This document shows, one piece after another, positions 37,603 to 47,249 of a stretch of 64,000 nucleotides of DNA. A program made the translations under genes and the position numbers. The notes under the pieces are model-generated. The model saw nothing but the letters and a program-made list of their open reading frames with translations, was not told where the DNA came from and did not search any database. Positions within the stretch are counted from its first letter, which is position 1. Every line of letters starts with the position of its first letter. The DNA is from an uncultured Candidatus Saccharibacteria bacterium (GTDB taxonomy: Bacteria > Patescibacteriota > Minisyncoccia > 2-02-FULL-40-12 > GWA2-44-9): NCBI GenBank assembly GCA_964491455.1, contig CAZBFM010000001.1, positions 279,425 through 343,424 on the forward strand, written 5' to 3'.

Positions 37603-38664
37603 TTACTTACGACGAAGATGGTAGTGCCCCTGCGCGTCTCGCAAGAATGTTCCAGAGTCCTGTAGATTCAAAAGAATGGTATTCTCCTTGACCATACGCA
37701 CAGCTCCAACCTTGGCTACGAGCTCTGTGCGAGGAAGTGGCTTGCCATGATTTTTCAAAATATCCACGAGAACGTCCTTCACCGTTCCTGCCTTGTATCC
37801 CCACTCCGAGAGTGCATACATGCCGCGCCCCACCAACACAAACCGATTGTCCTTAATGAGCTCATTATGCACGGTTTGAACGTTAACCTTTTTGGCATCG
37901 AACTTTGCGACATTGATAAGCTTCGCAATTTGGCTAAAGTGCTGAGGAGTCGCTGCCTGGCGAAGGACGAGATATGCCTTATCACGAACACCCTTGGGGT
38001 GGATCTGACTCCACGTGGTAAGTCCCATTTGACCAAAGATATTTGTTCCGACGTCTTTACAGATCGCTGTTACAGTTGCGAGATGACGATCATTAAACTT
38101 CGCTCCATCGTGACCAACGACGCCGTTCTCGTGCGCCAGCGTAGCAAGCTGTGTTGCTGGCACTACAGTTCCATGGCCCTGCAAAACCGATGTAAGCGTG
38201 GCAACTTGGGAGCGAAACGCTTCGAGCGACTTGGAATCGCGTGCCCAATATCCATGTACGTGATCATTGTCTGCCATGCGCACCAATTCGTGGTCGAGAG
38301 TAAGCGCGAAGACGAGCGAAGCATTCGCAACGGAATCCTTTTCATTTCCTGAAATAGCCTTAAAAAGTGCGCGCTCCTTCATGATTCCGCCTTCACGAGC
38401 TATAAGCTCTTTGGCAGCAGCAGAATACTTCAAGACATCGCGTTGATCCGTTGTTACCTTAGCAAGTTGTGCGAGGGCAAATTCCTCAATTTGACGCACA
38501 CGTTCGCGCGTAATGCCATATCCCTTGCCAATTGATTCAAGCGTCTCTTTTGTGCCATTTTTCAAGCCAAAACGGCGAGACACAATATCCCGATTTCGTG
38601 GGTTGAGGGTTTTTACGAGCTGCGCCACTGCCTTTGTGAGATTTTTTACGTCGATGGTTGCCAT
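37603..38664 (-). CDS. Protein with N-terminal sigma-70 region-4-like HTH domain fused to an uncharacterised domain of about 270 aa
   Basis: aa 20-70 (…RNRDIVSRRFGLKNGTKETLESIGKGYGITRERVRQIEEFALAQLAKV…) matches the sigma-70 region 4.2 pattern. No regions 2 or 3. Confidence 0.45.
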   Translation of the reverse strand: MATIDVKNLTKAVAQLVKTLNPRNRDIVSRRFGLKNGTKETLESIGKGYGITRERVRQIEEFALAQLAKVTTDQRDVLKYSAAAKELIAREGGIMKERALFKAISGNEKDSVANASLVFALTLDHELVRMADNDHVHGYWARDSKSLEAFRSQVATLTSVLQGHGTVVPATQLATLAHENGVVGHDGAKFNDRHLATVTAICKDVGTNIFGQMGLTTWSQIHPKGVRDKAYLVLRQAATPQHFSQIAKLINVAKFDAKKVNVQTVHNELIKDNRFVLVGRGMYALSEWGYKAGTVKDVLVDILKNHGKPLPRTELVAKVGAVRMVKENTILLNLQDSGTFLRDAQGHYHLRRK

Positions 38665-38748
38665 ACGCGTTCGAAGTGAGTTATGAAGCTACCTATGGTT
38701 ATATGAGTACTTACAGTAGCAGTTAATACAAATCTCGTCAAGCCCCCC

Positions 38749-39633
38749 CTATACCCTCTTGCGAACCATCCAAACGAGAATGGGAGATGCGACAAAAATA
38801 GAAGAATACGCACCCGAGAAAATACCCACAATAAGAGCCAAGGCAAAGTACTTGATTGACTCACCGCCAAAGAAATAGATAGCGATAAGAGAAAGCAACG
38901 TAGTAATATTCGTTGCGATCGAACGTGCTAACGTTTGCATGACACTCATGTGCACAATCTCATGGAACTCACCCTTCACACCACGAAGTATATTTTCTCG
39001 AACACGATCGAAGATAACGACCGTATCTGAGATCGAATACCCCATAATGGTCAAGATGGCGGCGACAAACACTGCGTTAATCTCAACACCAGACCAATGA
39101 CCGAGAGCCGCAAACAATCCAATCGGCAGAAGCACATCATGCGCCAAAGCAACCATCGTTGCGGCGCTCATCGCCCACGGTGATAGGACGCGTCCCATCG
39201 AGCGAAATACCAGCGCGATGTAAGCAGACACCGAAACGAGAACTAAGAGGATTGCCCACGCACTTCGCGATTTGAGCTCATCTCCAATCGCAGGACCAAC
39301 TGAATCAAATCGAGTTTCTACTGGTTTGGCATCTTTGAAATTCTTCTGAAGAAGGCCAAGCAATGATTGATGCTGCGGCTCGGATAACTGATCCCCACGG
39401 ATCACAACAGCATCAGCTCCCGCCAAGCTCACCGTCGATTCTCGAAATTCCGAAGCAGCGATGCCGGCGCGAATCTTTTCGATATCGGGACGGGCGCCTT
39501 GAAACTGAACCTCAGACACGCTTCCACCTCTGAAATCTACACCGAGATTCAATCCAAACTTTCCCCAGAGCACCAACGCACTCACCAGAAGCGCAATACT
39601 CACCGCGAACATAATGTTATAAGTAGTTCTCAT
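38749..39633 (-). CDS. secF: Protein translocase subunit SecF
   Basis: 294 aa, six TM. SecD/SecF family periplasmic domain. Confidence 0.85.
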   Translation of the reverse strand: MRTTYNIMFAVSIALLVSALVLWGKFGLNLGVDFRGGSVSEVQFQGARPDIEKIRAGIAASEFRESTVSLAGADAVVIRGDQLSEPQHQSLLGLLQKNFKDAKPVETRFDSVGPAIGDELKSRSAWAILLVLVSVSAYIALVFRSMGRVLSPWAMSAATMVALAHDVLLPIGLFAALGHWSGVEINAVFVAAILTIMGYSISDTVVIFDRVRENILRGVKGEFHEIVHMSVMQTLARSIATNITTLLSLIAIYFFGGESIKYFALALIVGIFSGAYSSIFVASPILVWMVRKRV

Positions 39634-39642
39634 ATCGGGTAG

Positions 39643-40989
39643 TTAGCGAAATAGCCACAGATGCTTTTGGCCCCATACGCCAGTGAATACAGTGAGGAAC
39701 GCTCGCGTAACGATCGTAGCAGTGATGAGCGATGTCGCAACGCCAAGACCTAACGTAAGAGCAAAACCCTTTACGATGGACGTAGTGAATGCGTATAGGA
39801 TAAAGGCACCAATGAGTGTCGTCATGTGTGAATCACGGATTGATAGCCACGCACGTCGAAAACCCTCATGCTGAGCAGCTGGCAATGACTTTCCTAGATC
39901 AAGCTCTTCCTTGATGCGAGCGAAAATGAGAATGTTCGCATCGACGGCAATACCAAGCGAGAGAATAAATCCTGCAATACCGGCGAGAGATAGCGTAACG
40001 GATAACAATTTAAATGCCGACAGCACGATGAGCGTGTAGACGCCAAGCGCCATGACCGCGGTGAATCCTGGTAGTCTATAAAACGTGATCATGAACAAGG
40101 CAACTAGTCCCAAGCCCCACAAGCCAGCGCGAAGACTATCATGCAAAGACTTCGCTCCGAGCGATGAGCCAATCGTTTGCTGCGAGATGAGCTTTATAGG
40201 AACTGGAAGTGCCCCACTATTAAGTCGCGTTGCCAACAGCTTCGCCTCGCTTGCGCCATAACTTCCCGTGATGACCGCATTGCCATCGGTGATCTCCGAT
40301 TGCACGGTTGGCATACTAATTGGTGCGCCATCGAGGAAAATCGCTACAGGCTTTCCAAGATTACGTTTTGTGATCGCGGCAAATAATACGCGTCCTTCGT
40401 CGTTGAACTCGAGACTCACCTGTGGGCGGCGCGTTTGCGAGTCAAACGTCACCGAGGCACGTGAAAGCTGCTTACCTGAAAGCCCCGTAGAAACCCACTG
40501 TTGATCTGTATTGATCTCAACAGCGCCGTTGACCACCTTCGATGGTGCAGAACCCTGCTCTTTAAACTCCAAAAAGGGAGTCTCCCCAATTAGCTTAATA
40601 GCTTCATTGACATCTTTAACCCCAGCGATCTCTACGATAAGCCGATCAGTACCGCTTAATTGGACTACCGGCTCAGCAACGCCAAAGAAATTCACGCGGC
40701 GCTCCACGACATCACGCACACCCTGCATCGCCGACGTTCGGTCGACATCTGCACTCAAACCAGAGAAGTCAGCTTCGTACAAGAGATGCGCACCCCCCAA
40801 CAGATCGAGGCCGAGGACAAACGGTCGATCTGGAATCGCTGGCACCGAGCCAGCCCACTTCGGCAGCACTCCATTGAGGGCAGAGGTCGCTTGATTTACC
40901 ACACTGGGTACGACAAATACAAACAGAACTATCGAAGCAAGAATTATCGCGAGAAGAATTTTAGTATTTCGTTGCATACGCGTAGTCAA
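39643..40989 (-). CDS. secD: Protein translocase subunit SecD
   Basis: 448 aa. Large periplasmic domain between TM1 and TM2, and an RND-like C-terminal TM bundle. Confidence 0.85.
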   Translation of the reverse strand: MTTRMQRNTKILLAIILASIVLFVFVVPSVVNQATSALNGVLPKWAGSVPAIPDRPFVLGLDLLGGAHLLYEADFSGLSADVDRTSAMQGVRDVVERRVNFFGVAEPVVQLSGTDRLIVEIAGVKDVNEAIKLIGETPFLEFKEQGSAPSKVVNGAVEINTDQQWVSTGLSGKQLSRASVTFDSQTRRPQVSLEFNDEGRVLFAAITKRNLGKPVAIFLDGAPISMPTVQSEITDGNAVITGSYGASEAKLLATRLNSGALPVPIKLISQQTIGSSLGAKSLHDSLRAGLWGLGLVALFMITFYRLPGFTAVMALGVYTLIVLSAFKLLSVTLSLAGIAGFILSLGIAVDANILIFARIKEELDLGKSLPAAQHEGFRRAWLSIRDSHMTTLIGAFILYAFTTSIVKGFALTLGLGVATSLITATIVTRAFLTVFTGVWGQKHLWLFR

Positions 40990-41029
40990 ATACGGGGTCT
41001 ATAATGCCAATATACTTTTGTAATGTCAA

Positions 41030-42475
41030 TCACTCGCTGTCGAGAGATTCGCGTTTCTTTGTGGGCTTTTGCTGCCCGAGCCAATCTCGTAATAGCATCG
41101 TTGCGCGAACATCATCTTCATTGTATCGAATGACACGATTCAACGACTCTCGATCACCCGTGCGCAGCCACTGATCGTACCATCCAACTGACTCTGCTCC
41201 TCCTGCCTCTGAATCCTGCCACGTATATCCGAGAAACTTTGCAACATCTTTGAGCGTATAGAAGTAGAGAGGGAGAACAACGGAATCGATGGTCTTTTGG
41301 TGAAGATCCACACTGTGCTCGTGAAATTTTTGCGATATCTGCGATGAAGCGCCATAGCGAAGTGCCAGTCGATCAAACACCATTTTTTCATAAAATGCAT
41401 AGTGATAGATCGCAAAATCCTCGAGTCCGGCGAGGCGATCCAGAAACGCAATCCATGCCTTCCCCTCATCTTCGGGTTTCTCCGCTACAAAACGCTCATA
41501 CGTTACGTCGCCACTCGCCACATCACGAATAAGGAGCCCGAACAGATAGTCGGTTCCCCGCGTGGGGTCGGATTCTATGTCAAAATATACCTCAGTGGCC
41601 ACTTCTGGAAATGTGCTCTTCCTCAATATGAGAGGGCTACCCTCCATAAGAACCCTGGCTTGATTTTGAAATCGAACAATCTTGTCGTATTGCCAATCTT
41701 CCAGCTTCCCCCGCATCTCATCCCCACTCGCATTCGCGAGATCAGCGACCGTCTTAATGCCAATGCCATAGAGTCGTCGTTGGTCGGCTTGAGAGAGCCT
41801 ATAGATCAGCGAGATATCATTGCAGCCCTCTGCTCCTTCAAGGCAGAGTGAATACCAAGGCGTCCTCTTGCAGCTCGATTTCAAAAATGGAGCAGGCTTT
41901 TCTCCATTCAAAATACGCTCGATATCACCACGAACAATATGAAACTGCTCCACGAATTCATCAACCACGAATGAGCGCTCACTCCCACTCGGATCAATGA
42001 CGTACGCCTCCTTCGGGCGCGTGCCTTGAATTTTCTCGAGGATTAATGAGTAAAATACAAGCGGAAACTTTTGCTCATCTTTTAAATCGAGGGTGCGCTG
42101 AATGTCATATGCAACATATTCAAAATCTCCGAGTGAGCTCGTACCAGGCCGAGCCTCAAGTAGGTCTGGGATACCCACCCAATCCTCTGTCATGAGAACT
42201 CCATGATATATATTCTTGCCCTGACGCATAAGTTCCAATGTCGCCAGATACGCCTCCTCGAGGTCTCGATATTGCTCGGGCTTGAGTTCCTCGAATTTTT
42301 TATGCGCTTGGATTGTTTCCGCTCCATTCTGAACACCGCCCTTATATATAATATCCAGGAGCGGTGATACGGATTTCTTCTGCGCACTATCTGCGTAAAT
42401 ATCATACCAAATCCAATGAGGACATTGGAAAAACTTATAAAAATGTGCACCGGTCAATTTTTGCTTTTGTTCCAT
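41030..42475 (-). CDS. Cas4/RecB-like nuclease with C-terminal RNase-H-like (DnaQ-like) domain (TM0106-family-like)
   Basis: N-terminal FQCPHWIWY motif. Cys cluster C-x8-C-x5-C (…CKRTPWYSLCLEGAEGC…), HhH-like region and C-terminal YFDIESD…DVRATMLLRDWL. Start trimmed to MEQKQ (42475) to remove the 65-nt overlap with the M16 gene; the track ORF extends to 42589. Confidence 0.4.
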   Translation of the reverse strand: MEQKQKLTGAHFYKFFQCPHWIWYDIYADSAQKKSVSPLLDIIYKGGVQNGAETIQAHKKFEELKPEQYRDLEEAYLATLELMRQGKNIYHGVLMTEDWVGIPDLLEARPGTSSLGDFEYVAYDIQRTLDLKDEQKFPLVFYSLILEKIQGTRPKEAYVIDPSGSERSFVVDEFVEQFHIVRGDIERILNGEKPAPFLKSSCKRTPWYSLCLEGAEGCNDISLIYRLSQADQRRLYGIGIKTVADLANASGDEMRGKLEDWQYDKIVRFQNQARVLMEGSPLILRKSTFPEVATEVYFDIESDPTRGTDYLFGLLIRDVASGDVTYERFVAEKPEDEGKAWIAFLDRLAGLEDFAIYHYAFYEKMVFDRLALRYGASSQISQKFHEHSVDLHQKTIDSVVLPLYFYTLKDVAKFLGYTWQDSEAGGAESVGWYDQWLRTGDRESLNRVIRYNEDDVRATMLLRDWLGQQKPTKKRESLDSE

Positions 42476-42524
42476 AGCAAGAACTCTACCACACCCATCA
42501 GGGAAAGAAAAAACGGCCTCCCCG

Positions 42525-43865
42525 CTACGAGGAAGGCCGCACGACCGCCAATACAAACCGATCTTTGTGAAGATACTGATGCGCAACATCGCGAACGCGT
42601 CTCGCTGACACCCGCCTCACATCAGAATGGTAGATCTTAAACTTGTGAAGTTCCGGATCTCCATTCGAAAGAGCGTCCATGATGCGATCTGTCAACGCGC
42701 CCGGAATGAACTTGTACTCTTCGATAAATGCATCTGCCAGGTTTTCTCGGGCGTCTTTCACGTCTTCATCGAGATCACTCGTCGTATCACTCTTGAGGTA
42801 CTCGATGACGGTGAGAATCTTATCGATGAGCGTCCGCGCGTACGCCCATGAACCTCGCGTTGACACGTGAATCGAAAATGCACCGTGACTCGAGGTGCTA
42901 TCCCACGCGACGTGCGGGTGATAGAGGCCACCGTCAAATAATCGATTCTCTTCTCGAATCGCGCCCTCGATGCGATCTTTCAGGACACTCTCGAGCACCT
43001 CGAGCGCCAAGCGATCGCAACGATACGCAATATCGGTCGGCCACACGAGACTGATGTAGCACATCTCGATGAGCGGGCGAGTAGCGATAACTTCGCGAAC
43101 AGAGCTCAGCACCGGGACTTGATCATGAGACTGATACGAACACTCCTGCGACGGCCACGCTGGCAATTCGTTGAGTCCAACGCCACGCACGAGCCGAAGG
43201 CCATCGTTCGCAGTAGGCCCAAGAAGAATAATGCGAAGACGACTCGGGACGTATCTCCCCTGCGCCCATTGCTTCAGGCGACCGAGCTTCGTGCCCCGCA
43301 GTTGCGCCTCATCACCCGTGCCCACTCGGCCAGCGGGATTACCACCACGGTAGAGCTCTGCGTACGCGAGTCTCGTAGCTTCATGCATGTAGGAATCGGT
43401 AAACTCACCATCCTCATTATGCACCGCAGCGCGCTCCACATCGTACACCGCATCGTCGATGATGAGCGGTCTATCTTTACTGGAACGCATGCGTCGCAAA
43501 TCGTACAAGTTGTCGCACACGATGCGACCGGTAATACCAAAGACGTGCTCGAGATTGCTGCGTCGCAGAAGATCCTGATGAGCGAACATCGTGTGACTGT
43601 GAACGGTGTACACATTCATGCCAGGACCATCCGAGCCACCCAGAAACCTGCGCATCATTCGATTTACGGTTCGGCTATCATGAGTCGCACCTCTTCGAAA
43701 AACGAGATGCTCCACCAAGTGAGCAGCGCCATCGAGCCACGGAGGGTCATCGCGCATGCCAACGGTAAATCCGATCGCGGAAGTATTGAGAAGTCGATTG
43801 GCAATCGTGACCATCTCCATACCGTTTTCAAACGTTGTTATGACGGGATCATTGTAATCGCGCAT
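42525..43865 (-). CDS. M16-family (pitrilysin/insulinase-like) zinc peptidase
   Basis: 446 aa. Inverted zinc motif HxxEH (AHLVEHLVF) near the N-terminus. Confidence 0.75.
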   Translation of the reverse strand: MRDYNDPVITTFENGMEMVTIANRLLNTSAIGFTVGMRDDPPWLDGAAHLVEHLVFRRGATHDSRTVNRMMRRFLGGSDGPGMNVYTVHSHTMFAHQDLLRRSNLEHVFGITGRIVCDNLYDLRRMRSSKDRPLIIDDAVYDVERAAVHNEDGEFTDSYMHEATRLAYAELYRGGNPAGRVGTGDEAQLRGTKLGRLKQWAQGRYVPSRLRIILLGPTANDGLRLVRGVGLNELPAWPSQECSYQSHDQVPVLSSVREVIATRPLIEMCYISLVWPTDIAYRCDRLALEVLESVLKDRIEGAIREENRLFDGGLYHPHVAWDSTSSHGAFSIHVSTRGSWAYARTLIDKILTVIEYLKSDTTSDLDEDVKDARENLADAFIEEYKFIPGALTDRIMDALSNGDPELHKFKIYHSDVRRVSARRVRDVAHQYLHKDRFVLAVVRPSS

Positions 43866-43912
43866 GGCTCACCTCCCTTGCATTGTTAGAGAACGTGGAA
43901 AAAAGATAAATG

Positions 43913-43940
43913 AAAAAAACCCTCACCGCAAGGGCGAGGG
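43913..43940 (-). terminator. Rho-independent terminator for the 43948-44496 gene
   Basis: CCCTC-a-CC-gcaa-GG-gc-GAGGG hairpin (GNRA-like loop). It is followed on the minus strand by seven U residues (A-tract 43913-43919 on the plus strand). Confidence 0.55.
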
Positions 43941-43947
43941 CAACGCT

Positions 43948-44496
43948 TCAATCGAAGCAAATATAGAGCCTTCGATAGTCCGTGTAGTCCCAGTAATCGA
44001 TTCCGGACACCATATCGGTGTAGAGACCTCGCCGTGATGGAACAAAGTACGTCGAGCACCCACTGTGAGGCTCAACAGCATAAGGCCAGTAGAACGAGAT
44101 CCAAACTCCCGCATATCGATACCAGAGACGATAATGGGGCCCGAACGTCTCTCCGTGGTAGTGGCGGCGATCGAAGACTCGTAAATCATTGAAGAAACGC
44201 GGAAAGCGATCTCGACTCCATTGCGGTCGCCGGTCATATCGCCGCCAATCGAACATTGAATAATCCCGATACTCGAACACTTGCGTCGTGGAGATATCCG
44301 GTTGTGGCCGTCTTGACGGAGCCCATCGCGACTGATGATTGGGCGCCTTCGGTGTATAACTATCCCTAGAAGGCACTGCTTGTCTTCGGCTATCGCGTGA
44401 GTCGGCACGACTGACCTGCGCGTACGCTGCCGCGGATACATCCATGAGCGCCCATACAACGACGGCTATCAACATCGAAGCTCTTCGAATGCTCAT
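43948..44496 (-). CDS. Secreted protein extremely rich in Arg, Tyr, Trp, Asp and Phe; unknown function
   Basis: Signal peptide MSIRRASMLIAVVVWALMDVSAAAYA. Mature region …YRDYSMFDWRRYDRRPQWSRDRFPRFF…YRLWYRYAGVWISFYWPY…IDYWDYTDYRRLY. AGGAGA SD 5 nt upstream. Confidence 0.5.
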   Translation of the reverse strand: MSIRRASMLIAVVVWALMDVSAAAYAQVSRADSRDSRRQAVPSRDSYTPKAPNHQSRWAPSRRPQPDISTTQVFEYRDYSMFDWRRYDRRPQWSRDRFPRFFNDLRVFDRRHYHGETFGPHYRLWYRYAGVWISFYWPYAVEPHSGCSTYFVPSRRGLYTDMVSGIDYWDYTDYRRLYICFD

Positions 44497-44541
44497 CCCT
44501 ATCTCCTGCGCTAAGGTGCGAATAACTATTATACAACGAAT

Positions 44542-45063
44542 CTAGACAATTGCAATTCTTCCTGGCAGCACCGCCGCTGGATATTTCTTCACTTCGTGAC
44601 GCGGTATGTACAGCTTGAGATATCGCCTTTGAGCGCCGGAGAATCGTCGCGCAAGCATCGACTCCATTCCTAAAATTGAACGCTCACCACTCCGCGGCAT
44701 GAGCACATGCGCCAATTCATGAATCAACGTCTCAACCTCATCATCTCGACACTTGTGCGTATTTTTTGAAGGATTAATAAGTATTTGAACCCAACGACCT
44801 GATGGGTGAATATCGGGGTCCATGAGTCCCCGTATGACCCTACGATGCGGATCGTCAGGATTTACGAGTCGTTTCTTCCTCGAAATCCGTACTTTTTCAC
44901 TATTCAAAATGTGTATGAATTGCCTGAATATCCAATCAACAAGCGCGTCACCGCTTCGAGGTAGATCACGTTTCATTTTTTGGGCAGCACGCTTCATGGG
45001 TGGTTGTAGATGACCCATGGTAGTGATCGCAACCGTACTACGCAACATTGACAATGATCCCAT
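44542..45063 (-). CDS. SprT-like zinc metalloprotease domain protein
   Basis: 173 aa with HExxH (IHELAHVL) in the SprT/Wss1-like context. Confidence 0.55.
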   Translation of the reverse strand: MGSLSMLRSTVAITTMGHLQPPMKRAAQKMKRDLPRSGDALVDWIFRQFIHILNSEKVRISRKKRLVNPDDPHRRVIRGLMDPDIHPSGRWVQILINPSKNTHKCRDDEVETLIHELAHVLMPRSGERSILGMESMLARRFSGAQRRYLKLYIPRHEVKKYPAAVLPGRIAIV

Positions 45064-45110
45064 ATTTCAGCACGAAAAAACGCCTTACGGCGTCTTTTCG
45101 CATCCTTCGA

Positions 45111-45314
45111 TTACATCGAAGAACCAGTGCTGCAAGCCTTACACATACCCTTATGTCCGAACACTTCATACAACGCCGAGAGCGCCACGAGTGCGTAGAC
45201 GATATTTGCTAAGGTTGAGGGAAGGAACGTACCAACGTCAACCTGAAAGAGGAACAAGCCCCAGTTGAGGCCACCAATCACGAGAAGGATAAACGAAATT
45301 TTGTGGAGATTCAC
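45111..45314 (-). CDS. DUF378-family small membrane protein (2 TM)
   Basis: GTG start preceded by GGAAGGGGG. The sequence …ISFILLVIGGLNWGLFLF…IVYALVALSALYEV… is typical of DUF378. The track ORF (45111..45389) is over-extended. Confidence 0.5.
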   Translation of the reverse strand: MNLHKISFILLVIGGLNWGLFLFQVDVGTFLPSTLANIVYALVALSALYEVFGHKGMCKACSTGSSM

Positions 45315-45395
45315 ATAAACACCCCCTTCCTGTAGACAAAGAAATCTTCTCACAGACAACGAGGGCTGTATAGCGGAGGTAATCCACACCGCGGG

Positions 45396-47249
45396 TCACG
45401 ACTTCATTCGAAAAAGTCGAGATGAATTGATAAGTGGAAAGAAATCGGTAATGAAATTATAGAACGCCGCAAATGCTGGACCCGCAACACCGGTCAGCAC
45501 TAATACAAATCCAACAAAGTTAGAAAGTGCCCAAATTCCGATATCCCAATGAATAACGGACATTGTGCGCTTTCCGAGCGTGATCATTTCATGAATACGA
45601 GACAGATTATCATTAAGAATAATTACGTCAGCAGCTTCGGAGGCGATGGCAGTTCCTCCTCTGCCCATCGCAATACCCACATCAGCTTGCGCCAACGCGG
45701 GGGCATCGTTTACTCCATCTCCCACCATAGCGACGGGACGCCTCTGAATGGCGGCAAGCTGCCTCAATTTCTGCTCTGGGTTCATCTTCGCATGTACATG
45801 ATCAATCCCCAATTGTTGACCAACACGTTGCGCAACACGCTCCACATCACCCGTAAACATCTGAATATCCGTCACCCCAGACGAACGGATCGCCTGAAGG
45901 CTCTCAATAGCCTCCGTACGTGGCGTATCAGCCAATGACACGAGAGCAACCGCGACGCCATCTCGCACAACTGCAACAACCGTACCCATAGAGCGATCCG
46001 AAAACGCCTGCAACGCAGAACGAACTGACGCCACATCCAACACACGAAGCTCATCGAGCAGTCTCTCATCACCCACACCGTACGCGTGCACGCCCTCACG
46101 CACAATGACACCCGCCCCCGTGCGGATCTGCACGCTGTCGGGATCAATAACTTCTCCCGTTCGCTTGTGCGCAATCGCGTAGAGTGCGCGACCAATCGGA
46201 TGTTCTGAAAATTTTTCCGTGATAGCAATGATACGCCACAGCTCTTCATCTGAAATTGATTGGAGCTTCTCGAGAGATTCCAGTCGAAAATTTCCGAAGG
46301 TGAGCGTTCCCGTTTTGTCGAGTACCAAGGTTTGCACATTTGCGAGTGTCGCCAGCCAAGATCCTCCTTTGATAACCACCCCCCGCCTGGCAGCGTATCC
46401 CAGCGATGCGGTCATCGCGAGAGGTATTGCCACCGCCATATCATCAGCGCACGCAACCAGGAACAGCGCGGATGTCATTCGTATATCTCGAGTGATGAGA
46501 TATACGCCAATGCCAAACAAAATCACTACGGGAAGAAACACAGATGCAAATCTATCCGCAAGACGCTCTGGCTTTGACTTGTTGAGCGCCGCGGAGCGCA
46601 TAAGCTCTGCCATGCGCTCGAGTGTCGAATCTTTTCCCACGTGCGTAGCTTTGATCTTCAAGTACCCCGTATCAAGCACCGTTGACATAATAACGCGCGA
46701 GCCAGGAGTCTTCTCTGCGGGCAACGATTCACCCGTAACGAGGGCTTCATTGACCAGCGCGCGGCCTTGACCCACAACACCATCAACACCAATTTGCTCA
46801 CCGGTCTTGGTGAGAATAATATCTCCAACACTAATTTTGTCGGGATGTACTGCCTCGCAATCATTGCCACGACAACGCGTGACACGCTGAGGCTTTAACT
46901 TGAGCAACGTCGCAATCGCATCCTGCGTTCTTTTTCCCGTGTGCCATTCTAAGATATCCGCACTTAAAATCATTAGCACAATAAAGGCTGCCGAGGAGAC
47001 CTCTCGGGTGGCAATGGAAATTCCAATTGCAACTAAATTAAAGACATCAATCGTAATCGATCGATTCCACAAATCTCGAATGGATCGGATCAACAATGGC
47101 ACCGCACCGACAATACTGAATCCGAGCACATACGTATCAATGCCCGGGAATATGAAATGGAGAAGGAGGACGGATCCTATCACGCCCACGCCGATATATT
47201 GGTGCACAGGAGAATTCGAGCTCAGTAGTCGACCAACGTTCATACTCAA
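45396..47249 (-). CDS. P-type cation-transporting ATPase (P1B-like topology, no N-terminal metal-binding domain)
   Basis: 617 aa. TGES, DKTGTLT and GDGVNDAPAL motifs. The TM helix before DKTGT reads …LVACADDMAVAIP… where P1B pumps usually have CPC. Confidence 0.8.
   Translation of the reverse strand: MSMNVGRLLSSNSPVHQYIGVGVIGSVLLLHFIFPGIDTYVLGFSIVGAVPLLIRSIRDLWNRSITIDVFNLVAIGISIATREVSSAAFIVLMILSADILEWHTGKRTQDAIATLLKLKPQRVTRCRGNDCEAVHPDKISVGDIILTKTGEQIGVDGVVGQGRALVNEALVTGESLPAEKTPGSRVIMSTVLDTGYLKIKATHVGKDSTLERMAELMRSAALNKSKPERLADRFASVFLPVVILFGIGVYLITRDIRMTSALFLVACADDMAVAIPLAMTASLGYAARRGVVIKGGSWLATLANVQTLVLDKTGTLTFGNFRLESLEKLQSISDEELWRIIAITEKFSEHPIGRALYAIAHKRTGEVIDPDSVQIRTGAGVIVREGVHAYGVGDERLLDELRVLDVASVRSALQAFSDRSMGTVVAVVRDGVAVALVSLADTPRTEAIESLQAIRSSGVTDIQMFTGDVERVAQRVGQQLGIDHVHAKMNPEQKLRQLAAIQRRPVAMVGDGVNDAPALAQADVGIAMGRGGTAIASEAADVIILNDNLSRIHEMITLGKRTMSVIHWDIGIWALSNFVGFVLVLTGVAGPAFAAFYNFITDFFPLINSSRLFRMKS

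Noticed and set aside
42525-42589. 65-nt same-strand overlap between the M16 peptidase gene end and the downstream nuclease gene start
   Set aside because: It is probably an artefact of choosing the longest ORF. The internal Met (MEQKQ, 42475) removes the overlap, so I do not treat it as a programmed overlap.
45064-45110. Intergenic stretch after the SprT-like gene searched for a terminator or ncRNA
   Set aside because: No stable hairpin or U-tract. Too short for a structured RNA.
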